Shown here: piece by piece, positions 8,843-18,851 of the stretch
Layout: every line of letters begins with the position of its first letter
Position numbering within the stretch: position 1 is the stretch's first letter
NCBI GenBank assembly: GCA_028280845.1
Contig: JANQKZ010000032.1
Span: 5,390-69,389 of the forward strand
Source: Opitutales bacterium
GTDB lineage: Bacteria; Verrucomicrobiota; Verrucomicrobiia; Opitutales; JABSRG01
Direction of reading: 5' to 3'
DNA length: 64,000 bases
Translations under genes and position numbers: made by a program
The notes under the pieces: model-generated
The model's input: only the letters and a program-made list of their open reading frames with translations
Database searches by the model: none
Told to the model about the DNA's origin: nothing

Positions 8843-11461
8843 TCAATCCACCCGCAACACCCGACTTGGATCCATTTGGGAAGCTTTCAGAGCGGGGATG
8901 CCCGCCGCTATGGATGAGGCCAGGAAGAGGAGGAGGGTCACCCCAAAGTATAGTGGCCATTCAAAGGGTTGCGTCTCGTAGAGGATACTCGCCTGCCAAT
9001 GTCCAATCGCATACGCCCCCAAGAGCCCAAACGCCAGCCCTACCCCGGACCATTTCAGCACGTCGACCAGAAAGAGCTTCGTGATGCCTTCCGGCGAACT
9101 CCCTAGAGACAGGCGTATTCCAATCTCCCGGTATCGTTGGCGAACGGAGAAACTGACGATAGCAAAAATCCCGGCCAAGGATAGGAGCAGGGCAATTCCC
9201 CCAAAGGCGACCATGACCACCATAGCCAACCGATATCCCCGCTGGGATCCTTCCACGATCGACTCCACATCGCGGAAATACCAATAAAGCAACCGATTAT
9301 CGGTTTGTTTCACCAAGCTCATGAGTTCACGGCTAAAGTTGAGCTCAGGGTCTTTTCCCTTGATCAGGATGCGCATGGTGGGCCACCACGGGTTTTGTTC
9401 CAAAGAGATAAACATGGCCGGTTCCAAACCCTCGTCCCATCTCCAGCGGATGGGCTCCACCACACCGATAATCGTGTAAGTACTTCCGCCGAGATGACTC
9501 GATAGGGTACGTCCAAGCGCATCTTGCCCCGGCCAGAGCCGTTCGGCCAGCACCCGGTTGATGATCATCACGCGCTGATTCAAATTCTCCCCGTCTGCCG
9601 CTTCAAAGTCACGACCCGAGACAAAACGAATTCCCATGGTATCGAAGTATCCCTGACTCACCATGCGCCAACGGGCAGACACGGGCTCCCCTTGCTCGAC
9701 GACCGACCCTGGCGCCGACAGGACTTCATTGAAGGTGTCGATGGATTCAAACGGCAGGCTATTGGTCCAGGCAGCTTGCTCCACTCCGGGCCAACTCCGT
9801 ATGGCCTCCGTTTGCTCCTGATAAAACTGGTCTCGGGCCTCGCGGGTGCCATAGAGAGACCACGGAAGCCGCTGACTCGCCACCGTGATCCCCTCCGTAT
9901 CAAAATACAACGGAGTGTTCTGTAGCCGAACCATACTCTGGATGAGCAGGCCAGCCCCCACCAAAACGGCCAGGGAAATCGCAATCTCCGCAATGAGCAG
10001 AAATCGCAGCACCCGGCTCTTCTGAAAGTCTGTGGAGCGGTTCGAGCTGACCACCAATCCCTGGGCGCCCATTTTTGAGGTAAAATGAAAGGAGGCCAGG
10101 CTGCTCAACACCCCGGACAAAATGATCATGACGAAAAAAAAGAGCATAATCGGGGCAGAGATGGCGTAGTCACTGTAATCCACCACGGTACTGGGCAACA
10201 GTGTCTTTAAAAAGGAGACCGCCTGCAGGCAGATCAAAATCCCGGGAATTCCACCCGCCAGAGAAATCAGACAACCCTCCACCATAAGCTGTTGAAGAAT
10301 GCGCGAACGATTCGCCCCGAGGGCCTTGCGCACGGCAAACTCCTGTTTGCGCGACAGGCTTTGCGCCAGGGTAAGGATGGACACATTCAGGCAGACAATC
10401 AGCAGCAGGAGAATCACCGAACCCATGAGGATTTTCGAACTCTGGCGGGCATCCCCATATTGGTAAGACCCAAAGTCCTGGATCCAGACATCCCACCCTT
10501 CGTTTGCGGGATCTTCGAGGGCAATCGCCTGGTGCAGGTCCCGCAGCTCGCTTTCTGCAAATTCAGGATCTACTCCCTGCTTCAATCGCCCGAGGACAAA
10601 GAGATAATGGTCACCTCGGTCCACATAGGGCTTTTGTAGGGGGATAAATATATCGGCCTCCATGATTCGGCGGATCGAGTCAGGCACGACCCCGATCACA
10701 CTGTGGACTCCATTTTCTAAACGGATGGTTTCCCCCAGAACCGTATCCGCTCCCCCAAAGCGACTCTGCCAGACCGATTCGGTGATGAGGAGTACCTTCG
10801 GCCCTTCTGCAATATCCTCCTCCCGGGTAAAGGTTCGCCCAAACTTAATCTGAAAGCCCATCATCTCGAAGTAGCCTGCGCTGACATAGGCTGCCCGAAA
10901 TCGCTCACTTTGCCCTTGGGGACTTTCGGGCATGGCCGTCGCATTTTTTATTTCCAAAGCTGCCATATCCTCCCAGGAAGTGGTGCGCTCCCGCCAATCC
11001 ATAAAGTTGGGGACCGAAACCGAAAAGTCTGGATAGTTTAATTCTACATTCCGCTCCCGAATCACATATAGATCTTGCGGGGATTCCACCGGCACCGCCC
11101 GGACCACCAGGTTGTAGTAAAAGGTGAACATGGTGGTCGTAGCTCCTAACCCCAACGCAAAGATCAGGATGAGACCTGCGGTAAAGAGCGGGTTATTTCG
11201 CATCCGCCGCAGCCCATAGCGGATATCGGAGGTCAGGTCATGAAACCAGCGACTTCCGGATTCATCCCGGTAGGCCTCCTTCATACGCTCGGCCCCACCA
11301 AATTTCAGAATGGCCACCCGCCGAGCTTCCTTCGGGTCCATGCCCTTGGTAATGTTGGCTTCGGTTTCCATGTCTAAGTGGAACTGCATCTCCTCCTCTA
11401 AGTCCGCTTCAACCCGGGAACGGGAAAAAATTCCCCTTAGGGCTATCCAGAGCCGCTTCAT
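8843..11461 (-). CDS. ADOP-type duplicated FtsX/MacB-like ABC permease
   Basis: 872-aa ORF. The N-terminus RSRVEADLEEEMQFHLDMETE...GMDPKEARRVAILKFGG is characteristic of this family. Two FtsX-like 4-TM modules are each preceded by a large periplasmic domain. The start overlaps the PadR gene stop by 4 nt. Confidence 0.9.
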   Translation of the reverse strand: MKRLWIALRGIFSRSRVEADLEEEMQFHLDMETEANITKGMDPKEARRVAILKFGGAERMKEAYRDESGSRWFHDLTSDIRYGLRRMRNNPLFTAGLILIFALGLGATTTMFTFYYNLVVRAVPVESPQDLYVIRERNVELNYPDFSVSVPNFMDWRERTTSWEDMAALEIKNATAMPESPQGQSERFRAAYVSAGYFEMMGFQIKFGRTFTREEDIAEGPKVLLITESVWQSRFGGADTVLGETIRLENGVHSVIGVVPDSIRRIMEADIFIPLQKPYVDRGDHYLFVLGRLKQGVDPEFAESELRDLHQAIALEDPANEGWDVWIQDFGSYQYGDARQSSKILMGSVILLLLIVCLNVSILTLAQSLSRKQEFAVRKALGANRSRILQQLMVEGCLISLAGGIPGILICLQAVSFLKTLLPSTVVDYSDYAISAPIMLFFFVMIILSGVLSSLASFHFTSKMGAQGLVVSSNRSTDFQKSRVLRFLLIAEIAISLAVLVGAGLLIQSMVRLQNTPLYFDTEGITVASQRLPWSLYGTREARDQFYQEQTEAIRSWPGVEQAAWTNSLPFESIDTFNEVLSAPGSVVEQGEPVSARWRMVSQGYFDTMGIRFVSGRDFEAADGENLNQRVMIINRVLAERLWPGQDALGRTLSSHLGGSTYTIIGVVEPIRWRWDEGLEPAMFISLEQNPWWPTMRILIKGKDPELNFSRELMSLVKQTDNRLLYWYFRDVESIVEGSQRGYRLAMVVMVAFGGIALLLSLAGIFAIVSFSVRQRYREIGIRLSLGSSPEGITKLFLVDVLKWSGVGLAFGLLGAYAIGHWQASILYETQPFEWPLYFGVTLLLFLASSIAAGIPALKASQMDPSRVLRVD

Positions 11462-11790
11462 ACTTCTTTCAGAATCAGGTTAATCGCCCCAGAAAACTGC
11501 CGCCATAAAGCCAGCTCAGTTTCCATCTGCTCTGAACCCTTCTTCGTCAGTTCGTAATACTTTGCCCGGCGACCATTCTCGGTTCGGCCCCAACTCGACT
11601 TGATATAGCCACGCTTTTCCAGGCGCAGTAAGGCGGGGTATAGTGAGCCCTGGTTAACACTGAGGGCATCCTCCGCAATCTGGTTGATCCGTTGTTGGAT
11701 CCCCCAGCCATGCCGGGTCTCGCTCTGCAGCGCCCGCAGGACAATCAAGTCCAGGGTGCCCTGTAATAAATCATTGGCTCGCTTCGCCAT
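11458..11790 (-). CDS. PadR family transcriptional regulator
   Basis: 110-aa ORF with LQGTLDLIVLRAL...HGWGI...SVNQGSLYPALLRLEKRGYI...KYYELTKKG. Confidence 0.9.
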   Translation of the reverse strand: MAKRANDLLQGTLDLIVLRALQSETRHGWGIQQRINQIAEDALSVNQGSLYPALLRLEKRGYIKSSWGRTENGRRAKYYELTKKGSEQMETELALWRQFSGAINLILKEV

Positions 11791-11807
11791 CTACTTTCCT
11801 ATCTTTT

Positions 11808-11824
11808 CTCTAGTTAATCTAGAG
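11808..11824. promoter_or_regulatory. Candidate PadR operator (inverted repeat CTCTAG-TTAAT-CTAGAG)
   Basis: Perfect 6-bp arms lie 18 nt upstream of the padR start. A further TCTCTAGA half-site occurs at 11839-11847. AGAGGAAAGAT is repeated at 11821 and 11854. Confidence 0.35.
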
Positions 11825-11901
11825 GAAAGATGTCCAGCTTCTCTAGACAGTCAAGAGGAAAGATTGAACATGGCCTATCCCTGGAGCTAAGCCGAACCTA
11901 A

Positions 11902-13251
11902 CTAAATCAGCTTCGTCGTCCCTGGAACCGCCACAGGGTCGACCGGCAGATCGCCAAAGGCATATTGCTTCGGAGCCAGGTCCAGCTCCGACCGCTGCAG
12001 GGCCCACTCCCATTTCATGGTGCGTCCAGTGTAAGCCGCCATCCGACCGGCTATCGCACTCAGGGTGCTGCGTGCCACCTGCTCGCCCTCATTGAAGCCG
12101 TCTCCATTGCGAATGCTTTCGATCAGGACCACATGTTCCTGGACGTAGGGGTCCACATTGGCGCCTTCGTAAACATAGGGGTTCTCGCCGATGATCCGAC
12201 CGGTGCTGCTATCGAGGTAGACCTGGCCCTTGGTCCCGACAATGCGTTCGGCGACATTAAAAGAAGTGCCGGTTTGCTGGCGGCACATACTCGAAATTCG
12301 AACCTCGTTCTCAAATTCAAATTCCGTCGCGAAGTGATCGTAGCCGTTGCCGTATTGCGGTTGCACCCGTTCCTGGCGTCCCCCGAAACCCGAAACCATG
12401 ACGGGGTCCGCTTCCAGCGCCCAGTGAACAATATCGATGTTGTGGACGTGCTGCTCAGCGATGTGATCTCCGGAGAGCCAGACATGGAAGAGCCAGTTGC
12501 GGCATTGGTATTCCATGTCGCTCCATTCACCGGCCTGGTACTTGGCCCAGTTGTTCTTCGCTTCATCCACCCAAAGCGGCCCCATATTCCAATAGCACTG
12601 GCCGGCCACGATATCGCCAATCGCGCCGTCGTGCACCCGCTTCATAATCTCCTGGTAATGGTTCTGGTGCCGGCGCTGAGTGCCCGCCACCACCGACAGG
12701 TTTTTCCCCTTCGACTCCCGAGCGGCCTCAATGATCCGGCGAATCCCCACCGGGTCCACCGCTACTGGCTTTTCCATGAAGACGTGGACCCCCGCCTTCA
12801 CCGCCGCCTCAAAATGCTCCGGGCGAAAAACCGGGGGCGTGGCCAGGATGACCATGTCGATCCCCGAATCCATCACCTTCTGGTAGGCGTCAAACCCAAC
12901 AAAACGCCGCTCCCTGGGCACATCCATCTGCTCCGTCAGGGACTCAAAAGCCGCCCGATCATAGCGGGCCTCAGCACCGGAACTGAGTATGTTATAGCTG
13001 GCCTCCACCTGATCGGCAAACAGGTCCCCCATAGCCCACAGCTTGACCGGGTAATCCGTCCCCGTGAGGGCCTGCATCGCAGCCCCGCTTCCTCGCCCAC
13101 CGCAACCGACGAGTCCGATCTTAATTGCATCACTCCCCCCGGCATAGGCCCCATACCCGAAGGTCGAGGTCAAGGCGGCTGCCGAAGCAGTCAGGCCGGT
13201 TTTCTTCATAAACGAGCGGCGATTCATGGGAGGTGTGGAATCAGAATTCAT
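11902..13251 (-). CDS. Gfo/Idh/MocA family oxidoreductase with twin-arginine signal
   Basis: TAT motif MNRRSFMKKTGLTASAAALT and Rossmann motif KIGLVGCGGRGSGAA, followed by a GFO_IDH_MocA C-terminal-like region. The start could be 13251 or 13227. Confidence 0.85.
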   Translation of the reverse strand: MNSDSTPPMNRRSFMKKTGLTASAAALTSTFGYGAYAGGSDAIKIGLVGCGGRGSGAAMQALTGTDYPVKLWAMGDLFADQVEASYNILSSGAEARYDRAAFESLTEQMDVPRERRFVGFDAYQKVMDSGIDMVILATPPVFRPEHFEAAVKAGVHVFMEKPVAVDPVGIRRIIEAARESKGKNLSVVAGTQRRHQNHYQEIMKRVHDGAIGDIVAGQCYWNMGPLWVDEAKNNWAKYQAGEWSDMEYQCRNWLFHVWLSGDHIAEQHVHNIDIVHWALEADPVMVSGFGGRQERVQPQYGNGYDHFATEFEFENEVRISSMCRQQTGTSFNVAERIVGTKGQVYLDSSTGRIIGENPYVYEGANVDPYVQEHVVLIESIRNGDGFNEGEQVARSTLSAIAGRMAAYTGRTMKWEWALQRSELDLAPKQYAFGDLPVDPVAVPGTTKLI

Positions 13252-13329
13252 AGTAAGTCGGGGTCTCAGGGAAAAGATGTCAGGAATAGCCCACCGGGAT
13301 CCATAGCATTCCTTCACAACGTAAAGCAA

Positions 13330-13641
13330 TTATCCCGGAAATGAGGCGTAAATGGGAATCGAGCAGATGACGAAAACCGCGGCGGCCCCGCCGATGAAGC
13401 CCACATCAGCGAAGAAGGGGCGTTCCCCTTTGACCTTCCAGGCAATCCATCCCACCGCGACACTACCACCAAACAGGGCCACCTGGGACCCGATCAGATA
13501 GAGCATGGGGAACTTCACTATCAGCACTTTCATCAGCAGCAGGCCGGCGAGTACGCAGACCAGAAACCAGTTGCGTCCCGGAATGGAAAATGGACCGGTA
13601 GCCTGAATAGATTCGGGGGAATCGGGAAGAGGTTCAGTCAT
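13330..13641 (-). CDS. Small membrane protein (3 TM), hypothetical
   Basis: 103-aa hydrophobic ORF. Its start overlaps the tatD-like stop by 4 nt. Confidence 0.55.
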   Translation of the reverse strand: MTEPLPDSPESIQATGPFSIPGRNWFLVCVLAGLLLMKVLIVKFPMLYLIGSQVALFGGSVAVGWIAWKVKGERPFFADVGFIGGAAAVFVICSIPIYASFPG

Positions 13642-14486
13642 GACAAATTAAAAAAGCGGATCGTGTTCTCTCGACTGTGTTGAATGATGTCTTCGATGCT
13701 TGCACTAAATACGTCCGCCGCCGATTCGGCAATATAACGCGTATAGCCCGGCTCATTTTGTTTTCCCCTGAAGGGTACCGGGGCCAGATAGGGGGCATCG
13801 GTCTCCAACATCAACCGATCCAGCCCCTGGGCAAGGGCCGCCTGCCGGATTTCCTCAGCATTCTTAAAGGTGAAAATCCCGGTGAAGGACCCGACCCCGC
13901 CTCGCTCATTCAGCTTGGCGATGACCTCCGGGCCATCCACCCAGCAATGAAAGACCACCCGGGACCAATCGACCCCGGACTCATCAATCATCCGAATGCA
14001 ATCCGTCACCGCTCCCCGGGAATGGATCACCACCGGGCACTCCAGCTGATGCGCCAAATCGAGTTGCGCGCGAAACGCATGTTCCTGCTTTTCGATAACC
14101 TTGGCCCCTTCGATAGGGTCTTTGGGCAGATGGAAATAGTCTAATCCGATTTCGCCGAGGGCCACCGGCTCCACCGGCGGGATAAAATAGCTGGCCAACG
14201 ACTCCAGTTGACCCTCCCAATCATCCTCCACGCTGGTGGGATGCACGCCCACGGTGTAGTCGATCTGTCCGGGGTTGGAGGCGGCCATTTCTCGATAAAG
14301 CGACCAATCCTGCGGCCGGGTGCCGACGGTAATCACGCGATCGACCCCATGCTCCCGCGCACGGTCCAAGACCGCGGGATAATCCCCCCACTTCTGAAAT
14401 TTCTCCAAATGGCAATGCGAATCAATGAGGTTCACGCAGGCAGGTTCAGGGCATTGAAGCGAAACAGGCAACGTCAAACTGGGCAA
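13638..14486 (-). CDS. TatD family metal-dependent hydrolase
   Basis: IDSHCHL motif near the N-terminus and EIGLDY...ETDAPYL-type motifs. The start is uncertain: TTG at 14486, or GTG near 14432. Confidence 0.85.
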   Translation of the reverse strand: MPSLTLPVSLQCPEPACVNLIDSHCHLEKFQKWGDYPAVLDRAREHGVDRVITVGTRPQDWSLYREMAASNPGQIDYTVGVHPTSVEDDWEGQLESLASYFIPPVEPVALGEIGLDYFHLPKDPIEGAKVIEKQEHAFRAQLDLAHQLECPVVIHSRGAVTDCIRMIDESGVDWSRVVFHCWVDGPEVIAKLNERGGVGSFTGIFTFKNAEEIRQAALAQGLDRLMLETDAPYLAPVPFRGKQNEPGYTRYIAESAADVFSASIEDIIQHSRENTIRFFNLS

Positions 14487-14552
14487 AACGTCTCCAATCC
14501 CACCAAGGGCTTATCAGGAGTCATGTATCCGTCGAATCGCAATTAGCCCCCA

Positions 14553-16382
14553 TCAGCTTCCGGTTTCGTCCAAACCAAAAGCAAAGGCAAAAGGGATAGG
14601 ATTGAAATATTCCCGAAAGAGCTGAATCTTGCCTCCATCCACGTGAAACAGACCTCCGTATTTCTGCTCATACACCCGACCTGTGGATAAAATGTCTACT
14701 CTACCCTTCCACTCAGCGAAGACCATCCGTGGATCTTGCATGGGGAAAAATCTGAGTTCCGAGGTAAAGTCCGCCTGGCCGCTTATCTTCGGCCACTCTG
14801 AGTAGTGTTCCATCAGGTGAGCCTTTCCAACCACACGATGCGGAAATCCATTAGGGGCATAGGGCATCTCTTGAACGGCGTCCTCCGCCCACAATCTACC
14901 GAATTTCTCCATGTCTTTGTCTTCCAGTGCGGTGAGTAAATCCAGGACGGCCTGACGCGTTTGAGCACGCAGCAGGTAGGGCGAAGGATTGTTCTGGGTC
15001 TCTTTAACGGCCAACCCAAAAACCTCACGAGTTCCACGCTCCGAGTTCAGAATGAAAGTGTGTCGGGTTATTTTCCAACCATCCGCTCCTTTGATAAAGG
15101 AATATTGGTAACGACCGGAAACCTGCCAGAACCGCCCATTGATGTAGTGATCGGCAGTGACTTCTGCTGTGCCTTCGGCCGCGTCACCCCCAATCATGAT
15201 TTGAATGTTAGATAGTGCATGCTGCGTTTGCTCAAAACCGGGAAGTACGCTCGCCCATTCGGTCATCAATTGACGATTGCTTTTCATTTCCGGATCGCCC
15301 CCTGAAAGTGAGGTGTAATCCACCAAAACTTCTTCAGAATAGAGAGATTCGAGGATATCGAACGCACCCAGGTCAGCCAGGGATGCCACACCTTCCATGA
15401 TGGAACGAATGGCTGCTTCGTCCTGACGGGCAGAATCTGTGGCCGTGGGATGACCGAAGTGAAAGGCTGCCGCTTTTACCGAGGCGGAAACTGGGCCAGG
15501 CTGATCATAGAAGTCGAACTGGCTCGCCCCATCAAGCCAATGCGCATTCACAAGATCTCCCCCCAGCTCGATAAAGGCATGTGCGCCCTGAGGGATCGCC
15601 GCCGCCTCAGAATGGACGATGAGCACTGGAGCTTTCAAATCGACCGCGGATTGCACCGCATCATACGTCAACCAGGCTTCCCAGGAGGCCACATTAAACT
15701 GATTATCGTAGGCAGGAATCGCCCCCCTGTCAGGTTCCGTGTAGTAAGGGGCTTGAAACATCAATGCATTTTCGTTCGTGGTGCTCGCCGCTTCCAGGTA
15801 CACTGGTGCGGAGGCATTTTCGGCCTCTCTTCCGCTTTCAATGAGCGCGACCACTCCTTCCTTGCCCCCATAGACCTGTTCCACGATTTCAGCATTATGG
15901 AGCCAGGGAGCAACCAGGGTAATACGGCCGATTAGGGTGCTCTGGTTGGCCGCTCCAATCATGTACCCGGCGCTTGCGCAAATACCGAGGCCAAAAATCT
16001 CCCCTGCTTTAACGTCCTCTCGACCTGCAAGATATTCCGCTGCGGCCACAATATCCTCTGTTTTCCGGCTCGGATCCTCCAAGAAAGAAATCGAGTCCTT
16101 CGACTCTCCCCATCCTCGAAAGTCGAAGGCCAGGGCAGCATATCCCTGATCTGCCATAGCTTTAGCATAGGTTGAAGGCATTTGTTCTTTCACCGTTGTC
16201 CAGGCTCCCGTCACAATCACTGCGGGCAGCGCTTGCTCACCGGAGTAGTCCTCGGGAAGGAACAAGGTGCCAACAAGGGTTGACCCCTGGCTGTTAAAAT
16301 AGACTCGCTCCGTGGTCGCGTTCAGGTCGGCGAGGGAAACAGAAGTCGTAATTGCAAGTGCGGTTGAGATCCATTTTTCCAT
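14553..16382 (-). CDS. Alpha/beta hydrolase fused to two SnoaL/NTF2-like domains
   Basis: 609-aa ORF. The N-terminal ~300 aa is hydrolase-like (AVIVTGAWTTVKEQ, FDFRGWGES, nucleophile elbow GLGICASAGY). The C-terminal ~290 aa is two NTF2-like repeats (...DYTSLSGG...; ...KFGRLWAEDAV...GGKIQLFREYFNP). Confidence 0.8.
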   Translation of the reverse strand: MEKWISTALAITTSVSLADLNATTERVYFNSQGSTLVGTLFLPEDYSGEQALPAVIVTGAWTTVKEQMPSTYAKAMADQGYAALAFDFRGWGESKDSISFLEDPSRKTEDIVAAAEYLAGREDVKAGEIFGLGICASAGYMIGAANQSTLIGRITLVAPWLHNAEIVEQVYGGKEGVVALIESGREAENASAPVYLEAASTTNENALMFQAPYYTEPDRGAIPAYDNQFNVASWEAWLTYDAVQSAVDLKAPVLIVHSEAAAIPQGAHAFIELGGDLVNAHWLDGASQFDFYDQPGPVSASVKAAAFHFGHPTATDSARQDEAAIRSIMEGVASLADLGAFDILESLYSEEVLVDYTSLSGGDPEMKSNRQLMTEWASVLPGFEQTQHALSNIQIMIGGDAAEGTAEVTADHYINGRFWQVSGRYQYSFIKGADGWKITRHTFILNSERGTREVFGLAVKETQNNPSPYLLRAQTRQAVLDLLTALEDKDMEKFGRLWAEDAVQEMPYAPNGFPHRVVGKAHLMEHYSEWPKISGQADFTSELRFFPMQDPRMVFAEWKGRVDILSTGRVYEQKYGGLFHVDGGKIQLFREYFNPIPFAFAFGLDETGS

Positions 16383-16486
16383 TTTTTATTCTCCTTAATA
16401 AATGAGTGATGACGATGGGACATACCCTATCACATCACAGAGAGAATCTCTTGAAGACTCCTGCTGGCTTTTTTGAAGAATCTTGC

Positions 16487-17374
16487 TCAAACAGACTCTG
16501 ACAATCGCCACTGCCGGGGAGTCGATCCCACGCGTTGCCGAAACACGCGGGTAAAATGGGCCTGATCAGAAAATCCACAGGAAAGGGCCACCTCAATAAG
16601 GGTGACCTCCTTTTCCAGAAGTCGTTGTTTGGCTTGCTCCACCCTGTAATTTAACACGAATTGATGGGGGCTTTCTCCGATGGTCTGCTTGAATAACCTG
16701 GAAAAATGAAAGGGACTGATGGCAGCTACTGAGGCCATGTCTTCAAGTCGGATTTCTTGGTCATAATGCAGGGCAACATAATTTAGCACCCGCTCATACT
16801 GGGCCGAGGAAAAGGCAGGCGAAAAATCGGGATCATCGGCGGTCTTAGCCACACCATATTTATGTATTAACTTCACGAGAAACACACGCGCCAGGCTCTC
16901 GAACATAACATCGGAGCCCAGCTCAGCATCCAAAGCATCCAGAAGCATCACCCCAGCTTGCGCTATGTCCTGATCGAGAAACTGAGGGGTATTTTGCAGT
17001 TGATCTGCTGTCAGCAATACACCGAGCTCACGTTTGGCGAAGGTCTCCAAATGGCTGGGCTCCAAGGTGATGACAATGCAGCTGGACTGGGCATGCCAAC
17101 GCCATCCCGATTCCACCCCAGCAGGAGTCACCACGATTTCATTTTTGTGGAAAATAAAATCCCTATGTTCCCCATTGCGCCAATTTTCTACGCGGTGCGG
17201 CTTCTCCTTGAGGTTGATCAAAACATGATGCTCACTGAACACCTGGATAGGCATTGAGGAAGGCTGAGCGACAAAATATTCGATACTGAGTAACTTAGCT
17301 GCCGAGGGCCTCACTACATCCCCGCTCCGCTTTTTGGGATCGGATGGATAAACATCACGGTATCTGGTTTTCAA
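16487..17374 (-). CDS. AraC family transcriptional regulator
   Basis: 295-aa ORF. The C-terminal HTH is ...ISPFHFSRLFKQTIGESPHQFVLNYRVEQAKQRLL...EVALSCGFSDQAHFTRVFRQRVGSTPRQWR. Confidence 0.9.
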   Translation of the reverse strand: MKTRYRDVYPSDPKKRSGDVVRPSAAKLLSIEYFVAQPSSMPIQVFSEHHVLINLKEKPHRVENWRNGEHRDFIFHKNEIVVTPAGVESGWRWHAQSSCIVITLEPSHLETFAKRELGVLLTADQLQNTPQFLDQDIAQAGVMLLDALDAELGSDVMFESLARVFLVKLIHKYGVAKTADDPDFSPAFSSAQYERVLNYVALHYDQEIRLEDMASVAAISPFHFSRLFKQTIGESPHQFVLNYRVEQAKQRLLEKEVTLIEVALSCGFSDQAHFTRVFRQRVGSTPRQWRLSESV

Positions 17375-17740
17375 TGGTAGCGTATTTTTCCTGATTCCCT
17401 CTTATGAGGTGGAATTATCAAAATTGTCTAATCTGAGAGGAGCCAATGGCGACAATAAAGCATGTCCCCTCTCGCCAGGCCATTTCCTCTGGGCGACTGG
17501 TCACCAAAGCTTCGGGAAGTGTCAAAATAACTCGAACTGACTGAGTTCATGCATATGTCCAATCCCTTGAGTCATGATTCCCGATAGAGAGGATATTCAT
17601 ACTTTTAAATTGAAAACCAGGAGGGCCTTCCCGAGACTCCTCCCATCCTTCGGGAATACAAAATCCTCTTACTGTTGGAACCCGATGCAACGCGGCCGCA
17701 TCATTCTGAAGAGGATGTCGCCCCAAGCTTTTGAATTTAT

Positions 17741-18691
17741 ATGGAAAACGTTATCATTTTAGGCACCGGCTGCGCCGGTCTCACCGCAGCCATTTACACG
17801 GCCCGCGCCAATTTGAATCCCCTCGTGATCGAAGGGAGCCAACCGGGCGGCCAGCTCACCACCACCAGCGAAGTGGAAAACTTTCCCGGCTTCCCCGAAG
17901 GGGTCGACGGCTTTTCTCTGATGGACAATCTGCGCAAGCAGGCTGCCCGGTTTGGGACCCGCTTCACCAACGATTTGATTGAGTCGGCCGACCTGTCCGG
18001 CCCGGTCAAGCAACTGGTAGGCAGCTCCGGCAATACGTACGAGGCCCAGAGCGTCATCATCGCTACCGGGGCGCGGCCCCGGCTCCTCGGCATCCCTGGA
18101 GAAAAGGAGATGTTCGGGGGCAAGGGGGTGACCACCTGCGCCACCTGCGATGGTGCTTTCTACCGTGACATGCCTGTGGTCGTCATTGGCGGGGGGGATA
18201 GCGCCGCCGAGGAAGCCCTCTTCCTGACCCGCTTTACCTCCAAGGTCACCTTGGTGCACCGCCGCGACGAACTGCGGGCCTCCAAAATCATGGCCGACCG
18301 GGTCTTCGAAAACGAGAAGATCGAAATGGCCTGGAACTCCGTGCCCGAAGCGGTACTGGCCGATGAAAGCGGACTGGCCCGCGCCCTTCAGGTGAAAAAT
18401 GTGAAGTCCGGCGATGTGTCTGAAATTGAAGCCAAGGGGGTCTTTGTCGCAATCGGCCATGTCCCGAATACCAGCTTCCTCGAAGGGGCACTCCCCACCG
18501 ATGAAAATGGTTACCTCGTGCCCGCCGATAACAGCCAGGTCATCACGGAAATCCCCGGGGTCTATGTCGCCGGCGATGTGTCCGACCATAAGTTCCGCCA
18601 AGCCATCACCGCGGCCGGCATGGGCTGCCAGGCGGCCATCGAAGTCGAACGCTGGCTGGCAGAACAGCCTCAACCCGTTGAAGTAGGGTAG
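17741..18691 (+). CDS. trxB: Thioredoxin-disulfide reductase
   Basis: GTGCAG FAD motif, redox-active TCATCDG and [15 protein letters not shown] motif. Confidence 0.95.
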   Translation: MENVIILGTGCAGLTAAIYTARANLNPLVIEGSQPGGQLTTTSEVENFPGFPEGVDGFSLMDNLRKQAARFGTRFTNDLIESADLSGPVKQLVGSSGNTYEAQSVIIATGARPRLLGIPGEKEMFGGKGVTTCATCDGAFYRDMPVVVIGGGDSAAEEALFLTRFTSKVTLVHRRDELRASKIMADRVFENEKIEMAWNSVPEAVLADESGLARALQVKNVKSGDVSEIEAKGVFVAIGHVPNTSFLEGALPTDENGYLVPADNSQVITEIPGVYVAGDVSDHKFRQAITAAGMGCQAAIEVERWLAEQPQPVEVG

Positions 18692-18851
18692 AATTGTCCA
18701 TTATGAGCCGCTTCGCATGTGAACTGTGATCGGGAAAACGGAAGTTAACCCCATTTCACGTTCACAATTCCTAAATCATGGGAAAGATATTTCCCCATGC
18801 GGTTGACGAAGCCCCATTCCTGCTTCCGTTTGGATTGAACCTTACCCGAAC

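Noticed and set aside
11965-13344. 459-aa plus-strand ORF
   Set aside because: It lies entirely antisense to the well-supported Gfo/Idh/MocA gene. The translation is Arg/Pro/Gly/His-rich low-complexity sequence, typical of shadow ORFs in GC-rich DNA.
17759-18673. 304-aa minus-strand ORF
   Set aside because: Antisense to trxB. The same reasoning applies to 20114-20908 (antisense to the TetR gene), 36585-37463 (sulfatase), 41531-42247 (amidase), 43834-44580 (pdxA) and 3606-4214 (an overlapping alternative frame within the VUT gene).
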